Notes under the pieces: model-generated
What the model was told of the DNA's origin: nothing
What the model saw: only the letters and a program-made list of their open reading frames with translations
Database searches by the model: none
Assembly (NCBI GenBank): GCA_964534625.1
Contig: CAZHRF010000001.1
Span: forward strand, 172,039-209,756
Direction of reading: 5' to 3'
From: an uncultured archaeon
Lineage (GTDB): Archaea > Asgardarchaeota > Heimdallarchaeia > Heimdallarchaeales > Heimdallarchaeaceae
DNA length: 37,718 nucleotides
Shown: positions 25,297-32,490 of the stretch, piece by piece
How the letters are laid out: each line of letters opens with the position of its first letter
Numbering within the stretch: position 1 is the first letter of the stretch
Made by a program: the position numbers and the translations under genes

Positions 25297-26106
25297 CTAT
25301 AATATATTTATTAGTTTGTGAACTTGAGTTGAAATACCAATATAACTAGGTGGTAGATACTTGGCAGCAATGATTGAGAACTGGCTTATTTGTTCCCAAG
25401 AAGGCCTTTGAACCCTATTTTTTTTATCTGGGGTAACTATTTGAATTGCAAGCGGAATTTTTTCTTTACCACATAATCTCGCTATAAAATCAAAATCTGT
25501 GATTTTTGAAGCTTTAGTTATTACTACTTTTGCAAAAACCTTTACTTGATTTCTTAACAATATCGAGCACATATCAACTTCTCGTCGTAGCAAACTCTTC
25601 CAATTGGTGGAAGCTTTTGCGGAGGAATCTTTTAAATCAACACAAGCGAAATCGATGTTGGGGGCAATACTTTCTAAGAAAGGAAAACTACCAGTATAAG
25701 CTGTTTCAAGAAAAATTTTATATTTATTTTTTTTAAGTTCTTTTACAATACTAGAAAAAAAAGCTTCTTGATGTAAAGGTTCGCCCCCCGTTAAGCTTAT
25801 TGAGTGTAAATCACGAGTTCTTAGTTTATTAATATACGCTAATACTTCTGTGGCTTTCAAAGGATTTTTTGTTTCAAAAAAGGTTCTAGACCCAGGAGCT
25901 GTTTCGACATTACATTTTTTTATCTCTTCTAATTTTGAATAAGGAGAATCACACCATATGCACCCTTTTGTTCCTTCTGCGCCTAAAGCTAAAGGACATC
26001 CTGCAAATCTCACAAAAACTTGCCTTAAACCATAACAGCTTCCGGGAATAGATGCACCCTCACCTTGAAAACTTGAAAATATTTCATGTAGATGTCCAAA
26101 TGTCAT
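25297..26106 (-). CDS. queE: 7-carboxy-7-deazaguanine synthase QueE (radical SAM, CX11CX2C)
   Basis: EIFSSFQGEG, QVFVRFAGC...C.WCD, SLTGGEPL, LET, Q.HK. Confidence 0.92.
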   Translation of the reverse strand: MTFGHLHEIFSSFQGEGASIPGSCYGLRQVFVRFAGCPLALGAEGTKGCIWCDSPYSKLEEIKKCNVETAPGSRTFFETKNPLKATEVLAYINKLRTRDLHSISLTGGEPLHQEAFFSSIVKELKKNKYKIFLETAYTGSFPFLESIAPNIDFACVDLKDSSAKASTNWKSLLRREVDMCSILLRNQVKVFAKVVITKASKITDFDFIARLCGKEKIPLAIQIVTPDKKNRVQRPSWEQISQFSIIAAKYLPPSYIGISTQVHKLINIL

Positions 26107-26181
26107 GAGTTAAATACCTAAGATGTATAAATAAGCGTTCCTTCTTTAGTTAATATTTTCAATGGGATCTTTAATTTATGA

Positions 26182-26652
26182 TTAAAGACCGTATTTTTGT
26201 ATCTGGTCAAATGTCGCATATTTCTCAACATATTCACGTACCTTTTGCGCAAATACTTTGGGATCTCTTTTCATTAGATTAGCTGCTGTACTATTTAGTG
26301 GGTCATCTGGATTGGGGTTGGTAAGAACAAATCTAATACTCTCAATTACATCTACTAAATTACTCGCTGGTGTCCAATCTACTCCCAATATACCCACACA
26401 AATCTTTGTATCAAAGAAATTAGGATGAAATATCTTTGTAATACATGAAACTTTTGGTGGTTTAAATGGATACTCCCGTGGAAGCTTAATCTCTAAAACA
26501 AATACTCCTCCTTCATAAAGTCCTGTTCCAAAAATGAATCCTCTCCAATTTAATGTGTTATTGTCAATTGGTAAGAAAGTAGGAAGCTCTCGCTTTATCT
26601 CATTTGATTCCACAGCAATTCTTGCCCAAAACTCTTGTTCATTTAGACTCAT
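26182..26652 (-). CDS. ubiquitin-conjugating enzyme E2 (UBC fold, catalytic Cys intact)
   Basis: W.G.I.G...YEGGVF.L.I..P.EYPFKPPKV...TKIFHPN......IC..IL...WTPA...L..PN.DDPLN..AA. Confidence 0.95.
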   Translation of the reverse strand: MSLNEQEFWARIAVESNEIKRELPTFLPIDNNTLNWRGFIFGTGLYEGGVFVLEIKLPREYPFKPPKVSCITKIFHPNFFDTKICVGILGVDWTPASNLVDVIESIRFVLTNPNPDDPLNSTAANLMKRDPKVFAQKVREYVEKYATFDQIQKYGL

Positions 26653-26761
26653 TTTAATACCTCTATTAGTGTTTAAAGCGATATTGTGCCTCTCTTATTT
26701 TCAAAGGATAAATGCAATTTAATGATTTTTCTATTGCTGAGAGACAATCTTTCATTTTGTG

Positions 26762-26935
26762 TTAAGGTCTATTTTGAAGCTCATTAACTAATAATAGAAT
26801 GGCTGCAATTATACCTTTATGCTCATCAGCACTACTTTTTAGTTTCTTATACTCATCCTTCTCAAAAAGACGATCCATGGCTTTAGCTATATTACGCCAA
26901 GTAATCAATAATTCTGCTAAATCTCTTTGTGACAT
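26762..26935 (-). CDS. small helical hypothetical protein (57 aa)
   Basis: MSQRDLAELLITWRNIAKAMDRLFEK...; amphipathic helices, fills the gap upstream of E2. Confidence 0.5.
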   Translation of the reverse strand: MSQRDLAELLITWRNIAKAMDRLFEKDEYKKLKSSADEHKGIIAAILLLVNELQNRP

Positions 26936-27052
26936 AAACTTCAATATTGATGTATTATGAATGTATATTAAGTTTACCCAAATGAAATCTTGATATTGAT
27001 TTGTTAAAAATGTTTTTATATTGCTTGCAGTTAATTTTCTTTGTGTATTAAA

Positions 27053-28003
27053 ATGAGTAATCCCGAAGAAAAATTGAGCGAACTAATTAATGCCATAAAT
27101 ACTTTATCCGGATTAATTACAAAAATTGAAGAAAGTCATAATAATTTGGAATCAAAAATTAATGCATTAGAGTTAAAACTTGATGCTCTAAAACTTGATA
27201 CGATCCTACAAAAAATAGACGATTATGAAACCAATTCGCGGATCTCACCCGAATTACAAGATAGTTTTAAATATGTTGCTGAAATTCCTACTATTCGAAA
27301 TATGATAAGTGAATTAAAATCTGCACAAGACAGATTAGATGATGTCTCAACTATTAACAGAAAGATGAATTCAGTAATTGAGAGATTAGATGAATTATCA
27401 TCCAAAGAAAAACAAACTATCAAAGAAGATAAAGCAAAACCCCTATCTAGTTCAGAAATATTAGACCCTAAGTTTGAAGTAAAAACAACCTCAGACCCTA
27501 AATCGACTCCCGCTCCAACTCCTCAACCTGTTGAACCCCCTAAATCGACTCCCGCTCCAACTCCTCAACCTGTTGAACCCCCTAAATCGACTCCCGCTCC
27601 AACTCCTCAACCTGTTGAAAGTCCCGTATCAACCTCCCAACAAACCGAAACAGGTTATACGTCTCCCGGGATCGATAAACCAACATCTGGTGATACAGAA
27701 GCAGATCTAATCCAACATAAACTAGAAAGAAAATTTAGGAAAATAAATCAAGAATTAACACCTAAAGACAGTTTCACTAAAGAAAATGTTGTTAAGTTGA
27801 TGATTGATCTCAGAGATGAATTGGAGAGTACTGTAGGTATGTCTCCCTTATTATTCGAAGTACGTTCATGGGTAGAAAAAGTACAAAAAGTTCCAGATAG
27901 TAGAGAGGTTTTACCCGCAGAGTTTCATACGGAATTTAGTGAAAAAATGGAAGATTGGTTAGAAAGGTCAATAAAGGTTATTCAAAGTAAATATGCCCGA
28001 TAA
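27053..28003 (+). CDS. coiled-coil + Pro/Thr repeat linker + Vps28-CTD-like helical domain protein
   Basis: N-terminal heptads, (PKSTPAPTPQPVEP)x3, C-terminal four-helix pattern KENVVKLMIDL...VRSWVEKVQKV...L. Confidence 0.75.
   Translation: MSNPEEKLSELINAINTLSGLITKIEESHNNLESKINALELKLDALKLDTILQKIDDYETNSRISPELQDSFKYVAEIPTIRNMISELKSAQDRLDDVSTINRKMNSVIERLDELSSKEKQTIKEDKAKPLSSSEILDPKFEVKTTSDPKSTPAPTPQPVEPPKSTPAPTPQPVEPPKSTPAPTPQPVESPVSTSQQTETGYTSPGIDKPTSGDTEADLIQHKLERKFRKINQELTPKDSFTKENVVKLMIDLRDELESTVGMSPLLFEVRSWVEKVQKVPDSREVLPAEFHTEFSEKMEDWLERSIKVIQSKYAR
27496..27619 (+). repeat. perfect 42-bp in-frame tandem repeat (~3 copies)
   Basis: cctaaatcgactcccgctccaactcctcaacctgttgaa(ccc) at 27497, 27539 and 27581. 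Confidence 0.95.
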
Positions 28004-28209
28004 TTTTCATATCTTTTATGTTTTTGCTATAACTCTTTATAATATCTTAGTATTACTTACCTTTTATATTTCTATTTTCTATTATCATATGAGATAGTAA
28101 GTAAGTGTGTACGTTAATTTAGAGAGCAAAACTGACCAATAGATGATTAACAAATTATTTAGGTTGTACATCTTCAACATCGTTCCTTATAGATGAATGG
28201 AGAATAAAA

Positions 28210-28818
28210 ATGAAATTGAATGAAATTAAAGGCTATATAGAAATACAAGGAAAGAAATATACCGCATTTTCTTTACTCACTGCACTGTATAAACAAAAGA
28301 TGAACATTGGATTAAGCGATGGACATTTAAAATTGGGTAAAATTGTTCTAAAACCAGTTTCCAATGAAAGAGACATCAATGGTTATTGCAAATTATCATC
28401 AATCTGTAAATTAAGAGATCAAATTTATGAAAATGAAGGAATACCCGTTTCCGAGATAGATGTCGATAATATGTTTTCTATTAGAGATGAATTACGTGAG
28501 AATTTAAAGGATAATTATCATGAAAGTGAGATAGATTTTGATATGGATGAATTTGATATGTATGACTTGTCTGGTCACCCCAATATGGATTCTGACTTAG
28601 ATAATTTTCTTGATCTAAGTAATGAACAACAGTATAATAAAGAACCCCAACCAAAAAAAATGGTTGGAGTTAACCCATTAACACGAACTGGACCTGAAGT
28701 GAACCGGGTTCCTATCGAATCCATTCCTGATCATCTAAAAACAAAATGTCCTTATTGTGGTACTATCGTTAGTAAAACTTGGAAATATTGCCCGAAAGAT
28801 GGGTACATCATTAAGTAA
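28210..28818 (+). CDS. hypothetical protein with acidic linker and C-terminal zinc ribbon
   Basis: CPYCG.......KYCPKDG at the C-terminus; GGAG SD. Confidence 0.75.
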   Translation: MKLNEIKGYIEIQGKKYTAFSLLTALYKQKMNIGLSDGHLKLGKIVLKPVSNERDINGYCKLSSICKLRDQIYENEGIPVSEIDVDNMFSIRDELRENLKDNYHESEIDFDMDEFDMYDLSGHPNMDSDLDNFLDLSNEQQYNKEPQPKKMVGVNPLTRTGPEVNRVPIESIPDHLKTKCPYCGTIVSKTWKYCPKDGYIIK

Positions 28819-28847
28819 AAAAAGGAATATTGGATTATTTTTTTCAA

Positions 28848-30065
28848 TTATTCCGCATCTTCACAACCTTCTGAAGTAATTGCAAACACTGCTTCCGATT
28901 CTGGTAAATAAGGAGAGTCATAAACTCTAATAATTCTTTTTTCTCCTTTAGACTTTCTTAGATAGTATCTTGTTGTTGCCCAATGTGCTAAAATATTTCC
29001 TCCGATAGCTTGAGTTGGATCGCCAAAGAAAGCAGCTGGATTACTTTGTACTTGGTTTGTTATGGCAATGGCCACATTATATGTGTCAGCTATCCTGCCT
29101 AGAACACCTAAATGATAATTGATTGTCTGTTGTCTCTCTGCGAGTGTTCCTCTACCTGCATATTCTGCACGGAAATGTGCAGTAGACGAATCCACTACTA
29201 CTAATCCATATTCATCTCTTTGTTGATAAAATAATTCTAATAATCTCTCCACTAATTCCATTTGATGATCAGAATTATATGCTCTTGCATAAGTAATATC
29301 CTTAAGAACATCATCAAATTTTTTCTTCCAGCCTAATTCTCGTTTTAATCTACTGTGGATTGCCTTTATCCTACTCGGAGAAAATGTCCCCTCGGTATCA
29401 ATAAAGACTGCTTTTTTATCCACTCCACCTAGCTCTTCTGGCAATTGAACAGTAACACACAATTGGTGGCATATTTGAGATTTGCCTGAACGGAAAGATC
29501 CAAATAATTCGATTGTTTCACCTAAACGTACTCCTGACACGCCTAACTCTTCTACCGTTGTTAATGCATCCAATCCTTTTGTTCCATAGGTAAAAGAACC
29601 AACTCTTTTCTGTTTTTCCATAATATCAAATGCATTAAGAAATTCAGTACCTCCCCGTAATTCACGAATAGCTTCCTTATATTTTCTAGCTGAATTAGTA
29701 GTAATACCATATTTTTCCTCTAATTCTCTAACTGGGGTGGTCTCAATTAACATAACATTTAGACCTTTGTCACGCATCATCTGTGCAGTGTTTTTCCCTA
29801 CTCCCTTAATATCTTGTAAACCTATTTCCTCTTTGAAGTTATTGTATTTAGGAATGATTTCCGTGATATTGTCTCTTGCTTTTTTAGCTGTAGCTCTCCT
29901 AACGCCCATTTTCTGTAATTCTAACAAGCTAGTTGTCATAAATTGATCAATTGTTGTTATATTATTTTCTTTAAGTATCTCTGAAGTTTTGGATCCCAGT
30001 CCAGGAACATCTTGAAGATCCATTTCTTCAGATATTTTCTTTTCATCTTCGGTTTCTTTTGCCAT
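28848..30065 (-). CDS. radA: DNA recombinase RadA with duplicated N-terminal HhH domain
   Basis: GSFRSGKSQICHQLCVTVQLP, IDTEGTF, VVDS..AHFRAEY.GRG.LAERQ, TNQV, GGNILAH, DSPYLPE. Confidence 0.93.
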   Translation of the reverse strand: MAKETEDEKKISEEMDLQDVPGLGSKTSEILKENNITTIDQFMTTSLLELQKMGVRRATAKKARDNITEIIPKYNNFKEEIGLQDIKGVGKNTAQMMRDKGLNVMLIETTPVRELEEKYGITTNSARKYKEAIRELRGGTEFLNAFDIMEKQKRVGSFTYGTKGLDALTTVEELGVSGVRLGETIELFGSFRSGKSQICHQLCVTVQLPEELGGVDKKAVFIDTEGTFSPSRIKAIHSRLKRELGWKKKFDDVLKDITYARAYNSDHQMELVERLLELFYQQRDEYGLVVVDSSTAHFRAEYAGRGTLAERQQTINYHLGVLGRIADTYNVAIAITNQVQSNPAAFFGDPTQAIGGNILAHWATTRYYLRKSKGEKRIIRVYDSPYLPESEAVFAITSEGCEDAE

Positions 30066-30285
30066 TTAGATGCACCATTACTCCTAATAATTAACATAGA
30101 TTATAATATATAAAGATATGACTCTTACAGATAAATAATTCTTTTGGAATACCACAAAGAATAATCTTCATGTAGATAAGTACAATAATAGTAATTATAT
30201 CGTGTTTTTCAAATCGTTCATCAATACTTAAAACTTAATAGACTTATACTTATTTAAAATAATGACAAGGGTGGGATATTCAGTT

Positions 30286-30801
30286 TTAGTAATCATATCC
30301 TTTACGTGCAATAATTTTTTTCTGAAAAGGATGTTTTTTTTCTTCAATAAATACAAGGGTTTTAGCACGTGTTTTTAATTCTTTAGGCATTTTTCTACCT
30401 GTTATAATAATTTTTGCATGCCTAGATAAACATTCAAGAAGAGAATAAAAGTCTTTCAAAGTAATCAAATTAAAATGGAGTATAATACCTAGTTCATCTA
30501 AAAGTAGTAAATCTGGTTTTTCTTGATTTATCTCACTTTTTATGCTTTCCAAAGCTTTTTGAATCAGTAGGTGAAATTCTTCATAATCGTTGTTGGGGTC
30601 ATAAAAATGGTTTTTACCGAAACAAATCCAGTTAACCTTTGGTATATTTTGGAAAAAATTACATTCACCACAATCTTTACCGGTTTTTAGAAATTGTATG
30701 ACAAGTGCCTTTTTATTATTATTCAATTCGAGCATTAATCTTCCGATAGCATTAGTTGTTTTCCCTCTTCCATCCCCGTAGATGCATATTATGTCTCTCA
30801 T
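30286..30801 (-). CDS. cobO: cob(I)alamin adenosyltransferase CobO/BtuR
   Basis: YGDGRGKTT.A.G, QFLK, GE, LLLDE, I.TGR, KHPF...I.AR.G.DY. Confidence 0.85.
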   Translation of the reverse strand: MRDIICIYGDGRGKTTNAIGRLMLELNNNKKALVIQFLKTGKDCGECNFFQNIPKVNWICFGKNHFYDPNNDYEEFHLLIQKALESIKSEINQEKPDLLLLDELGIILHFNLITLKDFYSLLECLSRHAKIIITGRKMPKELKTRAKTLVFIEEKKHPFQKKIIARKGYDY

Positions 30802-30942
30802 TTTTTTTCTCTCGTTAGTATTGATCTATTGGATTTTCCATGTATCTTGATATTCAATTTATTCTTAAAAAGCATTTCGCGAAAATAGAGACATTAAAAA
30901 AATGGAATTGAACTAATTTAAACTTGGATCATTTTTGTTTTC

Positions 30943-31629
30943 TTAAATTTTTTTAATATAAGAAAATATAGTAGCAACTGCAACTGCCGTAACAATTGGT
31001 GCGATATAATAAATAAAAATGACCCAGTCTTTTGACAATTCTCTCCCACTATCCCACCGAGGCAAATATTCTGGCCATTCTTCTGATTCCTCCGAAAATT
31101 CAATCCTTATTCTCGCACTACTTTCAGCAGTCTGTTTGTCTTTCCAGTTATCATAATAGGAAATCTTGGCTAGGGGAATTAAATACTCCCCTGCAGTATC
31201 TGATGTCAAATTGTATCTAAAGAGTAATTTTGTTCCATTAATCATATTTGAGATATTTAAAGACAAGAAATTACGATTAATCTTTCCACCAGTTATATTT
31301 AATGGACTAAACCCATATTCGGTAGTTGATTGAATATTTGATGTCAAAGTTCCATTTTCATCTGTTGTGCTATTAAATTCCCACCCAGTAAATTCTAAAG
31401 CTTCAATTGCAGTAATGTTAATTGAAACCGTAATATTTGTTATTGTAATGTTCAAATAATTTTTGATGATAATGGCTACTTCTAAATCAGAACCCACTTG
31501 AGTTCTGTTATCTTCACATATTTGATGAAAAACCAATTCATTTTCTGGCATGTAGGCTAAACTTTTTCTAACTAATAATAAAGTAACTATTACTGTTGTA
31601 AACAAAAGTAAACGTCTGGGCTTGTTCAT
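30943..31629 (-). CDS. type I membrane protein, translocon-associated protein beta (TRAP-beta/SSR2)-like
   Basis: Signal peptide, Ig-like domain (G.DL.V...I.N...AG.Y..P.A.I.Y), DW..F....P TM helix, 10 N-X-S/T sequons. Confidence 0.6.
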   Translation of the reverse strand: MNKPRRLLLFTTVIVTLLLVRKSLAYMPENELVFHQICEDNRTQVGSDLEVAIIIKNYLNITITNITVSINITAIEALEFTGWEFNSTTDENGTLTSNIQSTTEYGFSPLNITGGKINRNFLSLNISNMINGTKLLFRYNLTSDTAGEYLIPLAKISYYDNWKDKQTAESSARIRIEFSEESEEWPEYLPRWDSGRELSKDWVIFIYYIAPIVTAVAVATIFSYIKKI

Positions 31630-31742
31630 GTGTATTACTACTCCTATACACCGTGAGGTATCTTACTTTTTAACTTTAACTATTAGAAATCATACTGTGA
31701 CAATATATTCAATTAGACATTCCTCTATTTTACTATTGCATT

Positions 31743-32468
31743 TTATATTGTTACTAATTGCATAGCTTTTTTATAAACACTAATTATGTCTATATTTTCA
31801 ATTGTTGTTGATTTCTGTAACAATTCAGGCAACTGTGTTTGAATCCAATTTAATGAATCTTCGTATTCTCTTTTCATACTTAAATCTGTTTTTTCTAGTA
31901 TATTAGATAAATCTTTAAATGTCATTGAATCTTTAATCATAAGTTCATATATCCATTTTTTAAGAGTTTCAATTCTTTGCGTAGGAAGAACAAATTCAAC
32001 AGTATTATTTTCATTATTAACTACTACTAATCCTTTGACTTTTACGGGCATCAATGGTTTAAATACTGATCCTAATTTAGATCTAAACAATAATGACAGT
32101 ATCTTATCGCGTTCTGTAATCATTAAATTCTGTGTAATTTGATCATAATCAACCATTGCAGTGCCAAAGAAATAATGGCGATTATTTTCTAGAATTGTTA
32201 TGGCGGATTTTTTTTCTAATTTATCTTGAATAGTTCCTTCACTTAAAGAAAAACGAACAGCTTCAAAATTTAATAGTCCATGTGATAAGTTCTCTAAAAC
32301 TTTATCTATATCACCTTCAATAATTATATCATCTCCAGAAATAGAATATCTTGGGTCAAATACACGTTTAATTGTAATATATTGTTTTTGTATTGCAGAA
32401 TAAACTTCTTTAAGCTGATCTATTGGAAATGTTTTCTGAGAGATTCTAATCATTCTTGTACTGACCAT
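31743..32468 (-). CDS. hypothetical protein downstream of polB
   Basis: 241-aa ORF, ATG 22 nt after the polB stop; no recognised motif. Confidence 0.7.
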   Translation of the reverse strand: MVSTRMIRISQKTFPIDQLKEVYSAIQKQYITIKRVFDPRYSISGDDIIIEGDIDKVLENLSHGLLNFEAVRFSLSEGTIQDKLEKKSAITILENNRHYFFGTAMVDYDQITQNLMITERDKILSLLFRSKLGSVFKPLMPVKVKGLVVVNNENNTVEFVLPTQRIETLKKWIYELMIKDSMTFKDLSNILEKTDLSMKREYEDSLNWIQTQLPELLQKSTTIENIDIISVYKKAMQLVTI

Positions 32469-32490
32469 AATACATCTTTCCTTATAACTA

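Noticed and set aside
22489-26106. que genes as a dpd DNA-modification or Qat defence island
   Set aside because: No dpdA/TGT paralogue, TatD, ATPase or mobility gene nearby; housekeeping context and canonical QueC
27497-27619. P(S/T)AP late-domain motifs in the Pro repeat
   Set aside because: The repeat reads STPAP, not PTAP or PSAP
30137-30230. Hairpin at 30137-30162 and TTGATGA/ATGAAGA on the minus strand as a C/D box sRNA
   Set aside because: No properly spaced CTGA D or D' boxes
30943-30960. KKXX ER-retrieval signal on the TRAP-beta-like protein
   Set aside because: The protein ends YIKKI, with Lys at -3/-2 rather than -4/-3; the positive-inside rule explains it
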